DNA from: Octopus vulgaris
Lineage: Eukaryota
Reading direction: 5' to 3'
Length of the DNA stretch: 64,000 nucleotides
Assembly: GCA_951406725.2 (NCBI GenBank)
Contig: OX597831.1
Span: 53,630,001 to 53,694,000, forward strand
Positions 25,873 through 39,914 of the stretch are shown here, one piece after another; position 1 is the first letter of the stretch; every line of letters starts with the position of its first letter. The translations under genes were made by a program, and so were the position numbers. The notes below the pieces were generated by a model that was not told the origin of the DNA, did no database searches, and was given only the letters and a program-made list of their open reading frames with translations.

Positions 25873-27367
25873 CTTATTTATGTAAAATCAAACTCATATT
25901 ATAAGCATCCAAAGACACTAGATGTGGGTCTACTTGATTTCTGACTGAAAAATATTTTTTAGATTCTTATCATAACATATGTTTGTTTCCTTCACTGTTC
26001 CATCATGGTTCTTTGACAAACAAGGTACTCTCATTTGGAGTGCATGCTGATATCTTCACCAAACTGCCTTTGTTGGAATCATTAACGAAGATACATTCAT
26101 ATGGATGAGGAATTGTTGGAATAGATATATGTTTGGATATATGGATGCATACATAAATACATCTACCTACATACACAGACATATGCACACACACTCACAC
26201 ACACGGAAAATTCACAATGCAATAAATATATTTTTTGTGTCAACAAGGTCAGAAAAACATTGTTTGATCTCTCTCCCACTTTCTCTTACCTTACCTTTGT
26301 CTTTTTTTTTCTCTTTCTCTCATTATTTCTTTTTCTCTTAACTCAAGCTCTCTCTCTCTCTCTCACACACACACTCTCCCTCTCTCATTTCATCTCTGTC
26401 ATCTCTCTCTGGCTCTTTCTCTCTCATTTTGTCCCTGCCCTCTTTCTCTCTCTCTCTCTCTTTCACAGTCTTTTTTTGTTTTGCTTTGTTTTGGTTTTTT
26501 TTCCTTTGATAGTCTATCTATCTGTTATTGTCTGTCCGTCTTTCTCTGATGTCAACAATAATTAAGCTAATCATGAATCCACACACGCACACATGCACAC
26601 ACACACACACACGACCATGTACACACACACACACACACATTCCCAGAAATATTCACAGATGCATAACAGATTATTTAGATTGAATTAGGCTGGAACTTGG
26701 AGATATCAAGGAAGTTAAACATGAGAGCAGATAAGATCTGGTAGATTATATTATTTATTGGTCTGTTTGTAATCTTTTGGTTGTTAACAAGGTGGATCAG
26801 TCTTAAACTGGAGAGGAAAAGGATAAGGAATTAAGAAGCAGCCAACAGAAGAACCTCCAAAAATGAAGAAAAAATTGGCTTTCTCAACTGATGCTAACAG
26901 TCAATATGACTTGACTGTATGCAGCACAGTTGAGATTTGATAAATTAATAATCTGAAGATTCCAGTGTTTAAGGACCTGTTACAAGAGCTTTCAGTAAAG
27001 GGTTTTTGTCCTTTGTTACTTTACCAATTGGAAGTTGTTTAGGGATTAATTTTTTAATCCTTTTGATACCTTACTTCTGTTGAAACAAGGTAATGACTTG
27101 TTAGGTAAAGGTAAAGCTACCTTCTTGAGTCATACAGACTCAAAAGAGCCAGTTTCATGGTTACATGGTGTATATAATCTCCACCTGGACAGGATGCTGG
27201 TCCATCACAGGATAACTCATTATTGCCAGCTGAGAAGACTGGAGCAACATGAAATGATGTATTTTGCACAAGAACACAATGTGTTGCTTGGTCCAGGGAT
27301 TGAAACCACAATCTTACGATTATGTGTCCAACACCCTAACCACTAAGCCATGTGACTGTGATGATAT

Positions 27368-27670
27368 TATTGCAGAGACTGGCCAGCAATACTCATAACA
27401 ACAGCCACTCCACTTCAATGGGCTCATTTCTCAGATAGGCCACCATTATCCTGATTTTGTGGAAGAAATCAGTAGGCATCTCAGCAGCGACTGGCACGAA
27501 CCGATAACAGCTGGTCAGGTCCTTGTATTTATTGATTTTTCTGTCCCCTATGTTGCGAGTGGGGACACCTGGGTTTGCAGCCAATGCAGCAAGATTGGAA
27601 CCAGGGAACATGTTGCTGCACATCACATCCTAGAAAACAACCGATATCGTTTTCAGACCAATAACACCAC
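27368..27670 (-). mobile_element. CRE-like non-LTR RLE fragment
   Basis: DRKINKYKDLTSCYRFVPVAAE...RNEPIEVEWLL. Confidence 0.7.
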
Positions 27671-29774
27671 GTGCCCTGAGTAGGCCTAACATTTAGAAGC
27701 CAACTTTAATTTGTCTCATATCCCATTACTCTTAACTAGATGGGTTTATTCTATGAGACTATAAAACTTTTAGTTGCATGGAACTGAGTTAAACCGTCTC
27801 AATAAATTTTGAAAATACTGAATAATTTACTAAAATAGCTTTGCCATTATTAAGCTGGTGTTCAGAACATAAGCTTTCATGAAAGGTTTTAATGTCGATC
27901 ACTTTAACCCTTCAGCATTCAAATTACTATGTCAAATGTAATGCTTATTTATTCTTTTATCCTTTTATTTATTTCAGAAATACGCAGTGCGTGAGAAGAC
28001 CCGGCAAGCCAAGTGAGACTGTAACCAGGAGCGTAACCAGCCCATTTATGCATACTTTTCCTTCATTGGACTCTAAACTCTGCTTGCGAAGACCTGTTGA
28101 GGCAAGTGAAATCAAAATCAAACCAAATTCACAAATTCGATGACTGGCACCCGTGCCAGTGGAGCGCTAAGAGCACCATCTGAGCATGATTCCTGCCAGA
28201 CCAGCTGACTGGCTTCTGTGCCGGTGGCACGTAAAAAGCACTATTCAAACATGATCATTACCAGCGTTGCCTTACTGGCACTTGTGCCGGTGGCATGCGA
28301 AAAACATTCGAGTGAGGTCATTTGAAGGATTTAGTGAAATGATTTTATCATTAAGCAGATGTTTGGGACATAGAATGGACTAAACTTTACTTGAACTTCT
28401 GTCTGTCATGATTCTTACGACTCCTAAGGATGGAACTTAATGTGATCTCCAAGGTATATAAATGAGTAAGATTACAACACTCGCCACACTGGACAGGATG
28501 CTAGTCCATCATAGGGTTAACTTCTCAACTATTACTGGAACTCATTTACAGCTGAATGGACAAAAGCAACATGAAAGGAAATGTTTTGCTCAAGAACACA
28601 ATGGTCTATCCTGACCAGGAATCGAAACCACAATCTAATTAGTGTGACATGTCCTAACCATTAGGCTGCACTCCTTTACATTTGGAACAAATCACAGCAA
28701 AAAGATTTTACATTGAACAAAAACACTCTGCTGTACCAGTCTGATATTTAGAGGTCCTCAACTGTTCAACTGCTTACCCAATGAAATCAAAATTATATAA
28801 GGAACCTCTACTGAAACATTGAAAGAAAAAACATTAGATAAGCTCCTAATGATGAGACCAGACCAACCAAGCATTTAAGGATATAATCAAGTAAGTTCAA
28901 CTGCTACAAACTCAATCATAGACCAATTTCCTACCATAAAATGGCATCAAAGCCAATAGAAAATAAGTTAAGGCAGTGCTCCAGCATGGCTGAAGTCCTA
29001 CAACTAAAACCATTAAAAGAAAGAAAGAAAGATTGAATTTAGAACAAGACACCATAATCCTTTTGATGCCAACCCACATCTGAGACTGCCTTTGGTCCTA
29101 TGATATAAAGTTCTGATTTTGAAGAAATTTAGATGAAAACCTTCCATCAAAACTTTGTGTTAATTTATGTTCCAAACACCAGCTTAACAATAACCAAATT
29201 ATTTTAGTAATTTCTTCATTATTTTCAAAATTAATTGAAACAAAGCAACGTTTTTCAAAATAGATATGGTAAAAAAAAAAAATGAAAGGGGGTTTACTTT
29301 AAAACCAGATATAGTGTCGGGTAGATTGATTATCAAAGAATATGATTCATGGACATGCTAATGTGTCTGGCTTGCTTAATCTCTCAATCAATTATCCTCT
29401 CTCATTCCAAGCATTTGCTTGGTTATTGCCATGCCAGAGGAATACTCCACGATGACAACAACAGAGACTGCAGTGGTAGTAGCAGTGGCAGCAGTGGTGG
29501 CAACAATGACAGTGATCATAACAATGACAGCAATGACAAATACATAGAAAAATAAATCGATAATTGAACATGTTTGGTGAAAGATTCTTCAGACCTACAT
29601 GTTTCAAGATTATAGGTTTAAATCTATCCTCCCATGAATTTCAAGGTCCCATAATACCAGTCATTGTTTTTGAAATGGTGTAAGTTCTTAAGACTCAACA
29701 GTTCTTGTTTTCTTGTGGTTTAGCCCTATGTCAGCCTAATCAAAGAGACCTTTAATAAAAGATATTTCAAATAT

Positions 29775-30000
29775 ACTCTTTACTCTCTTTTACTCTTTTA
29801 CTTGTTTCACTCATTTGACTGTGGCCGTGCTGGAGCACCACCTTTAGTCGAGCGAATTGACCCCGGGACTTATTCTTTGTAAGCCTAGTACTTATTCTAT
29901 TGGGCTCCTTTGCTAAACCGCTAAGTTACGGGGACGTAAACACACCAGCATCGGTTGTCAATCACTGTTAGGGGGGACAAACACAGACACGCAAACATAT

Positions 30001-30048
<48 letters not shown>

Positions 30049-30216
30049 ATAAGAAGGGCTTCTTTCAGTTTCCAACTACCAAATCCACTCACAAAGCTTT
30101 GGTCGGCCTGAGGCTATATTAGAAGACACTTGCCCATGGTGCCACGCAGTGGGACTGAACCCAGAACCGTGTGGTTGGTAAGCAAGCTACTTCCCACACA
30201 GCCACTCCTACGCCTA
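29775..30216 (-). mobile_element. SINE family A, full length
   Basis: Complete head-to-tail match with (TAAAAGAG)n tail. Confidence 0.9.
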
Positions 30217-30585
30217 TATAGTCACTCTTTTTTTTTTGACATTATCAAATGAGTCCTTGCCTTTTTGATGACAATAAGGGAGATTTGACTACTTTTTCTA
30301 GCAGTTGAGTAACCACCTACAACTACATTATCTAATGTGTCTTTCCGTTTTTTTTCATTCTTTATTTAATATGGTGTGGTGTTATTCAATGGAGATTTGG
30401 ATATTATTTCAGACATTTAGAAATACCAGGAAGAAGTTCCTTATTTAGCTCATAGAGTACCAGTTCTTAACTTTAGTATCTGCAACATTAAATAAATATG
30501 AGAAAGAGAGAGAGAAAAATAGAGAGAGAGGGGGGAGAGAGAGAAAGAAAGAGAGAGAGAGAGAGAAAAATAGAGAGAGACAGAC

Positions 30586-30616
<31 letters not shown>

Positions 30617-30721
30617 TATTTGTTTAACACAGATAATTTTCAATGATAGGATGGTAGCAGCTTCTGAATTTATTTTTTAATTATATCAAATACCATTTAT
30701 TAATATATTAAACATATATTA

Positions 30722-30915
30722 AGGCAGCAAACTGGCAGAATTGTTAGCATACTGAGTAAAGTGCTTAGCAGCATTTCATCCAACTGTATATTCTGAGTTC
30801 AAATTCCACCATAGTTCACTTTGCTTTCATCCTTTTGGGGTTAATAAAATAAGTACCAGTTGAACACTGGGGTTGATGTGATTGACCACTCCCTGCCCCG
30901 AAATTGCTGGCCTTG
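30722..30915 (+). mobile_element. Meta-like SINE
   Basis: ggcagcaaactggcagaa head, ttctgagttcaaattcc B box, ctttcatccttttggggttaataaaataagtaccag core. Confidence 0.75.
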
Positions 30916-30939
30916 TGCCAACATTTGAAATCAAATTAT

Positions 30940-31242
30940 TATACATATCTTTTTTTTTTCCACCCTTTTCAAGCCTAGCCAGGCTCATGGGCCTGGTTTC
31001 CCAGTTTTTATGGCGTATGTGCTCCCCCCAACTGGACCGGACACCAGTCCATCATAGCGTTACTCAAGAAATAGGAAGAGAGAGTGAGAGAAAGTTGTGG
31101 CAAAAGAGTACAACAGAGGAGCCTCGTCGAGCTTTCAGGTGTTTTCGCTCAATAAACACACACAACGCCCAGTCTGGGTATCAAAACTGCTATCCTCCGA
31201 CCGTGAGTCCACTGCCCTAACCACTGGGCCATTGCACCTCCA
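30940..31242 (-). mobile_element. tRNA-derived SINE
   Basis: Minus-strand head ggaggtgcaatggcccagtggttagggcagtggactc. Confidence 0.8.
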
Positions 31243-32019
31243 CTATTATACATATACACACCATATATAAACATATTAAATAACTTATAATAAGCATGTA
31301 ATTCATTCAAGGACACCAGAGAAATACATACATACTTACATACATATATATGCATCATAAATACACACACACACATACATGCACATGCACACACACACAC
31401 ACACACACACGCACATGCACACACACACACGTACTTGAAGATTTTCTCATCTTGTCAGCTGTCTTACATTCAGCCTGATTGTTCCGATTTACTTTCATCC
31501 TTGCTTGTACACAGACATGACTTTTCAGGCCTGCTAACGACGTCACACATCACCACGCATCCGTTGTCATTAAACTTTATAAAATACAAAACAGACCAAG
31601 AAATGAAATGGACAGTGAGACATCTGTACGTAACTGGATTTAATTGACAAAAGCTTGTTCAACACATCTGAAATCCTTTTGGTTGCCATAGTAGGTTCCA
31701 GTAACAAGCATTGCAAGATAAATGGTAACTATCTTGATTGCAAGTTTTATGTAAGAATATGTTTCCCCTAGAAGAGTTGCCTTCACCATAGCTTTGTCAA
31801 AAATAACAGGTGCCTCATCTAGCCAGTCCATGACTTATATGCTCATGGCTTGTAAAACCATGAGCTGGCATGTCTGGAAATTGCATACTTATGAGAAAAT
31901 TTACATATGAAGTGAAAGTGGACTGGCTAGGTGACTTGCCTTCAACCGTGATGGGTACATGATATTGACAAGCCATAAAAGAATGCCAAGCAGTAAAGCA
32001 TATCATTTCCAAATTTCTG

Positions 32020-32600
32020 GCAGAGTGAATTGCATCGTGGATTCTTTTCAACAATAGCAAGCATTTCACATGGTTGTTGAATAGAGACGAAGTGCCAAAA
32101 CACAATCCAAAAAAGAATATTCACCAAAAAAAGCTAACCGTGTCTGTTTGGTGGTCCAGTGCTGGTGTCATCCACTACATCTTCATGAGACCTAGTAAGT
32201 CAATTACAGCAGATGTATACATCAACCAATTGGGTGAAATGATGAGTGAACTTGCAATTAAACAACTGAGATTGGTCTATAGAGACAGGCCAATTCCCTT
32301 GCATGACAATGCTCAAATACATATAGTACAAAAAACGCTATTCAAGTTACAGGAAGCACTCTGTTATCCACCACATTCACCAGACCTTGCACCAACTGAC
32401 TACCACATTTTCTAGGCTTTAGTCAAGTTTTGCAAGGAAAAAACTTCAAATGTGAAGAAGCTGCAAAAACAGCCTTTCGTGATTTCATCCACTCTTGCTC
32501 TCCAGAATTCTTTGCTGCTGGCATAAATAAGCTACTGATAAAATGATATAGTAAAATAAACTTTTAGTTCAAAATCGGATATTTTATTCTTAATGACCTT
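32020..32600 (+). mobile_element. mariner (DD34D) transposase 3' fragment with right end
   Basis: SVWWSSAGVIHY, LHDNA, PPHSPDLAPTDYHIF. Confidence 0.9.
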
Positions 32601-32609
32601 ATGTATGTA

Positions 32610-33484
32610 TATATATATACTACGTATGTGGGAAATTCTATCTGTGGGTGTGTTTGTGGAGTTGTTAGCTAACTCCTCCTACATTGTTTTATCGATTTTG
32701 ATGAAATTTGACACATAACTAGAACTCATATCTGGAAACCTCATGGCATACTCAGATTGTTGAAAATATTGATAATAGGACTCCTGGAAGGGATCCTTAT
32801 ATATATCTAATCTATCTTATTTTATAAACCAAAAGAAATAACCCATTCATTTTCCTAAATAATTTGGTAAAAATGAAATTGAGTATACTTATTTCTTACT
32901 ATTTGGACTGTTACAGTTATTTTCGTAATTTATCCAGTACAACCCTTAAACAAGTAAATAATATTTTCCTAAACAATAGATCCACTTATTTCAGTCTGTG
33001 ACTTATTCATGAATATACCAATACTAGCACTGCTGAGGGTAATATTCTCTGGGAACACACAAAAGCCTTTTCAGAGTTATTTACTTTGAATTGTTATTAT
33101 CTCATAAATGATTAGCCTGTTATTACGTAACATGCTTCACGATTTTAGTATTCATACTTTATTAGTATTTCCTCCTATGTTCTGTATACTCTGGGAATGC
33201 ATTAAAGCCCTTTTCGGGGGCTACTTTATTTGAATTCTTACTATCGGATAAATGATTTCATGTTATTACATAACTGACTTCACAATTTGGCTATTCATAA
33301 CTTATTGAGAATTCCTAAAAACAAGATCCTGTGTAAGACAGTTCAGTATTGTTTGTAAATGCACAAAAACCGTTTTAAGGGCTACATACTTTGTATTGTT
33401 GTTATTGGATTAACGAAACAATTATGAGAATGGAACCAAAGGATAAGCCCCGCTTTTCCGGGAATTACCGGGTATGCCAACTAG
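32610..33484 (+). mobile_element. Non-autonomous Helitron with internal ~143-bp duplication
   Basis: 3' ccgggaattaccggg hairpin then CTAG|T at 33481-33485; 5' region atcgattttgatgaaatttgacaca typical of such elements; 5' end approximate. Confidence 0.65.
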
Positions 33485-33520
<36 letters not shown>

Positions 33521-33599
33521 TATACACACACACACGCACACACATATATCTCATTATTCAATTTTACTTCAAGATATCTTGCCAATGGAAAAAGAGCCA

Positions 33600-33905
33600 G
33601 TTTCTTACCTAGATCCAAAGCTCCTTCATTGGAATTTCATCATTAATAACAGGCTATTTTTGTATGTATACATGCAGATTTGTATGTTTTGTTTATGTAT
33701 GTTTTCTCATGCATATAGTTGCATATCTAGACATGCTCATATATACTTAAATGATAAACTTCTGGAAAGTTTTACAGATTTTTACAGTTCCAGTGATGGA
33801 TTGGATCTGTAGTTTTCGAATCAGCTTTCTCCTTTCTGGTTTTGAGAAGCCTAATTTCTCAAGATTGGTATTTAGGCAGTGTATTACATATTCCAGTGCC
33901 CCAAT
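33600..33905 (-). mobile_element. R4/Dong-like non-LTR 3' fragment in (TATG)n
   Basis: IGALEYV...LEKLGF...LQIQSITGTVKICKTFQKFII* (stop 33747). Confidence 0.75.
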
Positions 33906-34035
33906 ATGTATGTATGTATGTAAGTATGTATGTATGTGTGTGTGTGTGTGTGTATGTGTGTGTGTGTGTACGTATGTATGCATGCATGCATGTATGTACG
34001 CTAGATAGACAGACAGATAGATAGATAGATAGACA

Positions 34036-34185
34036 TGTTTCTTTATTAGCCACACAGGGCTGGACACAGATGGGACAAATTACGAAGTAGAGCTTTTCTT
34101 TTGGGGGAGAAAAAAAAAATGTGGGGTAGGTTTTCGATCAAAAGGGATCGTAGAAAGGAAAGAAAAAAAGAAAAAAAAGAAAAGA
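34036..34185 (-). mobile_element. Retroposon 3' end embedded in (GATA)n; second copy 35611-35708
   Basis: tgtttctttattagccacacagggctg...gtagagcttttcttttgggg occurs twice, both flanked by GATA repeats. Confidence 0.75.
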
Positions 34186-35379
34186 CAGATAGATAGATAG
34201 ATAGATAGATAGATAAGCAGAGTTTATTTCAGTTTTCATCTACCAGATTCATCCACAAGGCTGACAAGGTAAGCTGCTTTGCATTATAGGTATAGCCCAT
34301 CCAATGATGTTCCATAGTTTCTATTCAATAAAGCTTTAGTTGACTCATGACTAGGTAGAAGATACTTGCCCAAGATATTTACTGTACACTGAAATCCAAC
34401 CTGTGTCGAGAAAATTTCTTACCTATTTGCCAATGTCTATGAAGAATAGAATTCTCGGCACATGAATTGGAGTTGAGACTAGAAAATAAAAACCGTTTTT
34501 GGTTTCTCATAACTCATACTGATGTAGAAAAGACATGTAAATGTTGATAACAATGAGAAAGATCATAGGAAATAGAAAAGTACTGCAAGGCTTCTGAGAA
34601 ATTACTAGTTCTTCCTGTCTTCAAAGCAGAATACAGTGATGGAAAAAAGAAAGATTCTTACTGAAGCTATTAATCTCGTTGCAGTTTACCTAAGTTCTTT
34701 TTCCAACCAAACTGATAAAATAACTTATTCAAGAAATGCTTCTCAGTTTGGAATTTCTCTTACTGGTTTTCTAAGAAAACACACACACACACAAGTGCAC
34801 GCACACACACACATGGACACACACACACAACATACTCACAGCACACATGCATAAATAAAAAAGCTGGCTTATAAAAAAGTATGTCTGTATGTTAAATAAA
34901 ATCCAGTCAATAGATTCTTAGTCAGGTTCAGCGACAGCCGTTTGGTTGTTTGATGGAACTAAATAACCTGTTCATTGAATAAGTGCATAAGTGGTTGAAT
35001 ATTCCAACGACATGGGAACCCTAAATATAATCTTTGGCTAGAATCAATACAACACAAGATGTGACAAGGTCTGGTCTTTGAATTACAGGTATGAAACACT
35101 TGATAGTATGTACACACACCCCAAAAATAATGAACCAGACTCTCCTGACTTTATTCTATACAAATGCCTCTAATTGTAATACTATCAATGTAGATCATCT
35201 ATAACTTATTAATAGATAGATAGATAATTAATAATATCAGGGTAAGAAAAAGATTTTAGAAATTTTTATTACCAGTGGCCAAATCAACCTCAGTGGTTTG
35301 GATTTTGGCTATTCTTTCTAGCGTGCCAGGTATCCTATGATGGTTACCTCTTATGTGTTTAAATGCGCACTGTATTTAT

Positions 35380-35447
<68 letters not shown>

Positions 35448-35555
35448 GTTTATTGTTTGTTTAGTAAGCTATGAAGTTCTTACATTCTAATGATTTCTTG
35501 TAATTCATATAAAATGGATATCTATAGATAGATAGCTAGCTAGATAGATAGATAA

Positions 35556-35610
<55 letters not shown>

Positions 35611-35789
35611 TGTTTCTTTATTAGCCACACAGGGCTGCACACAGACAGGACAAAATTACAAGGTAGAGCTTTTCTTTTGGGGGTAAAAGAAGGGGGTTTG
35701 GTTTTTGATAGTTAGATAGATAGATAGATAGATAGATAGATGGATGGATAGATAGATAGAGATAGATAGTTCGATAGATAGATAGACAG

Positions 35790-36053
35790 ATATAATATAG
35801 GACAATCAGTTAGTTGTCATAATAATACTCTGAGTTTCAGATACTGGGGTTAAAAGCTACTCGACATTTCATCAGTTATTAAGACAAAAAATGCTATGAA
35901 AAAAACTGTTGAATAAAGGGATGTTACTCTAATAGGCATAGTAAAAGTAAAACTTTGTTCATAAATTCTACATACGCACACATGTATATATACATACTTA
36001 CACGTACACACACACACATATGTGTATATAGATACATACTCACATACACGTAC

Positions 36054-36093
<40 letters not shown>

Positions 36094-37070
36094 ACATACA
36101 CACATATACACATGCATACACACATACATGCACATACACATGTATATGCGCCCATGCACACATTATTATGTTCATATACACATTTCTATATGTACACACA
36201 TACACATATACATATACATGCACATGCACACGCGGATATACAAAACCACACATGCATATATATGTACAAATATACACATACACATATGTATTTATACATA
36301 GTCAACATCATCCTCGTTGAGATTTATAGACATTTATACAAATAAAAACACATACACAAAAACATAAAATGTATACATATTCACATTCACCACAAACACT
36401 CCTACACCTGCAGACATACAAATGTATATACATACATATATGTATAAAGGAAGGAGACAAGTGCAATGGATAGTCTTACACTCGTATATATATATATACA
36501 TTTGTACACATATACACATGCACACACGTACACATTTGATGTATGCTTATACATACAAATACTACACGCGCACATAATTACACAATTGTAAAAGGAGGGA
36601 AATTAATATACAGAAAATATATATAAAGCAATAAAAATATATATAAAAATATATAAGAAATGTTAAGACATATGAAAGGCTTGTACATAGATATAATATA
36701 AAACATAATATAAAAAGCAGGTTCTATCTGTGATCTTGTGGGGTCCAAAAACGTAACAAATGTTTTGCCATATGTGGACATGACCCAAAAAGTTCAGTTC
36801 TTGAATTTAGACATGTAGCGGGGTCTAAAGAACTTTTCCAGATGAGCCATCTTTCCATATCACAAAGACCGCTCTTTCCACTGCCGTTGATGTAAGATTT
36901 ACACTTGACCAAGATCTTCCAGTGACTCTTATAGCTAACACCTTGTTCTTTTAAGGTTTCTACATAGCGTCTTTGTCTTAATAATTGATGAGATGTTGAG
37001 TAGCTTTTAGCCCTGGCATCTGAAACTCTGAGTATTATTATGGCAACTAACTGATTGTCCTATATTATAT
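35790..37070 (-). mobile_element. Penelope-like element PLE3 (older), 5'-truncated with inverted pLTR
   Basis: Diverged inverted repeats 35790-35907 and 36955-37070; EN C-terminus WKILVKCKSYINGSGKSGLCDMERWLI...LNSRTELFGSCPH at ~36950-36724. Confidence 0.85.
35821..35880 (-). ncRNA. Type-I hammerhead motif, decayed (mirror copy at 36980-37039 on +)
   Basis: aataa-CTGATGA-(stem II)-t-GAAA-ctcagag-TA-ttatt. Confidence 0.65.
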
Positions 37071-37436
37071 TTAAAGACATATTCTTCTAATAATATCGAG
37101 GTCTCATTCATTCGTTTGTTGTCATATTATTATTATTATTAATATATGTGTGTATGTGTGTGTGTATATATTTTACTTGTTTCAGTCATTTGACGGTGGC
37201 CATGCTGGGAGCATCACCTTTAGTTGAACAAATCGATCCCAGGTCTTATTCTTCATAAGCCCAGTACTTATTCTATCAGTCTCTTTTGCCAAACTGCTAA
37301 GTTACAGGGATGTAAACACACCAACATTGGTTGTCAAGCAATAGTGGGGGAACAAACACAGGCACACAAACACACATAGAATGGCCTTCTTGCAGTTTCC
37401 TTCTACCAAATCCACTCACAAGGCTTTGGTCGGCCT

Positions 37437-38335
37437 TGAAGAATGTTGACCAGTCTGGGATGGAGGAGTAGCAGTCTTTTGTTCATTTTGGCAATTTCGT
37501 GGCAATATGTTTTTGCAGTAATGGTTTTTCTGGGTTTTAAGAAGTTATAGTGGATGAGTCCAGCAGTACACCACCAAGCACTCACCACAACATTCTGGTT
37601 GAAGAGCTTGGGTGTAGGGAAGGTTTTCAATGATTTATTTTGGTCCAACCACTGTGATAACACTTTTATTATTGTACAGAATTCACTTTTCCTCACAAGT
37701 CCCAATATGGTCAAGAAATGAATTGGTCTGGTTACAGAGAAGAAGTGATGAGCAAATTTCATATCTGCCTTTTCTGATTTTCCTTCAAATCCTGTGTACT
37801 CAATTGTTGAGCTTTTTTGTTTTTCTGATCTCTTGCAAATGGTTGTAGGCAGTTTTCTGGCTAACTTGAAGTTCTTTTGGCAGTTCTCAAGTGGTTTTAT
37901 GTGGATCTTTCTCAATGACGGTCTTTAATTGACTGCCCTCAGTGACTGATAGATGTTCACTATACTCATGATCTCCAAGGCTCAGGTCTCCACTGTGAAA
38001 TCATTTAAATCATTTTCCAGCTGACCACTCCCTGGTCATTTCCTCACCAAAAGTTTCATTGATATTGAAGGCAGTTTCAGCTACTTTATGTCCTTTTTTG
38101 AAGTTGAATAGCAAAATTGCTCGAATATCACTCTTTGACAGTTCCATTTCTGATGATTGTAACAACGGTGAAAAAAATATCAATGTTAATTTATTGATGC
38201 ATTTGGGCTAGTCTCTGTCCGTATTATCAGACAATTTCAAAAAAAATAGTTTTTAAAAAAATTCAAAACTCTGCAAAAATCTGGTGCAAATTCTTTATTG
38301 TTCCAAACGTTGCTTACTTTTTACTCAACCTGATA
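37437..38335 (-). mobile_element. mariner transposon, 3'-truncated and decayed
   Basis: VVVSAWWCTAGLIHYNFLKPRKTITAKTYC; TIR-like tatcaggttgagtaaaaagtaagcaacg at the right end. Confidence 0.85.
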
Positions 38336-39914
38336 TTTATGTGTGTATCTTTGTATCTGTGTTTGTCTCCTCACCATTGCTTGACAACCGATGCTGGCCT
38401 GTTTATGTTTTTGTAACTTAGTGGTTCAGCAAAAGAGACTGATAGGATAAGTGCTACGCTTACAAAGAATAACTCCTGGGTGGTGCACCAGCATGGCTGT
38501 AGTCAAATAACTGAAACAAGTAAAAGAATAAAAGAATATATATATGTGTGTGTGAAGGTGTATGGCTTAGTTTAGGTGTAGCATTCATGATTTCAAGAAC
38601 ATAGTTTCGTTTCCCAGACTGGGACATGTATTGTGTTCTTGAGCAAAACACTTCATGTTGCTCTGCAATCACTTCATCATATTACATGTGGTATGTTGTG
38701 CACCTGTACAGGTAATGTCGATTTGATGGAGAGAATGAACTTATGTGATCACTATAAAAAAAATCAACTGTGATTGTTCAGCAAGAAATTGCAGAACTCT
38801 CATAAGAGGGTCCATGTATATGTATGTGTGTGTGTGTATGTGTGTGTGTACATATGGGATTCCATATAATTCCAGTCTACAAAATTCATTCACTAGGCAA
38901 TGGTTAGCCAAGGCTAAAGTAGAAGACACTTTACTGCCAAGATGCCATGCAGTGGGTACTGAACCTGAAATGACATGGTTGCAAAGCAAGCTTCTTAACC
39001 ACACAGGCATGCCTGTGCCTATTTTAGAAATAGAAGAGACTTGCCCAAAATGATATAGTGGAATAGAACCTGGGAACCTAGTGATTACAATGCTAACTTC
39101 TTAATTATTTAGCCAAGCTGTGTCCACAATAAAATCCAGGACTTAGCTGAACATCACTAACCTCCATCTATTCACATGCAAACATACACATGAGCCAACT
39201 AGAGATTTTAGATGTAGTTACTTGACTTGCTAAAAATAGCAGCCAAATCTTTCTCAAATCAAGCTTTCTACTGTCTAAAAGAAAAAAAAAAAAAACAAAC
39301 AGAAAAGCATAATGCTGAGGTGGACCAAGTTAACAAAGGTGCTTTTATGTGGTTGTTCAGCCTGCTAGAAATACAGCTAACTTTACCTCAAATAGCATAA
39401 CACCAAATTATCTTCAAAATAAGAAAAGGCATACAGAATAATGTAGTCTAAGGTACATTGTGTGTGAATAAAAGAAGAGATGGTTATAGTTGGAATGCTT
39501 TTGATCATAAGCCTGCTTGATTATGGCTGACCCAGGGCTAAACAACAACAACAACATCCTCAACTTTAGCAACAATACACACATGAAGATGAAAGAATTT
39601 GAACTTAAAAACCCAAACATACAAGTCTAGGAAACAATATTTTACCATTTTTGCTGCCTGTATTAGTTTCTTATTGATCTTTTATCTCTCATCTTTTATC
39701 ATTTACTTGTTTGAGACATTGGACTGCAACCTTGCTGGTGCATCTGCCTTGAAGGGTTTTCTTCAACAAATCAAGTCCAATACTTACTTTTCAAGTCTGA
39801 TACTTACTCTGTTGGCATCTTCAGCCAAGCCACAAAGTTATGGGGATGTAAATAAACCAATGCCATCTGAGAGAATAAAAACAAACTCAAAGCCATACAT
39901 ACATACAATCATAT

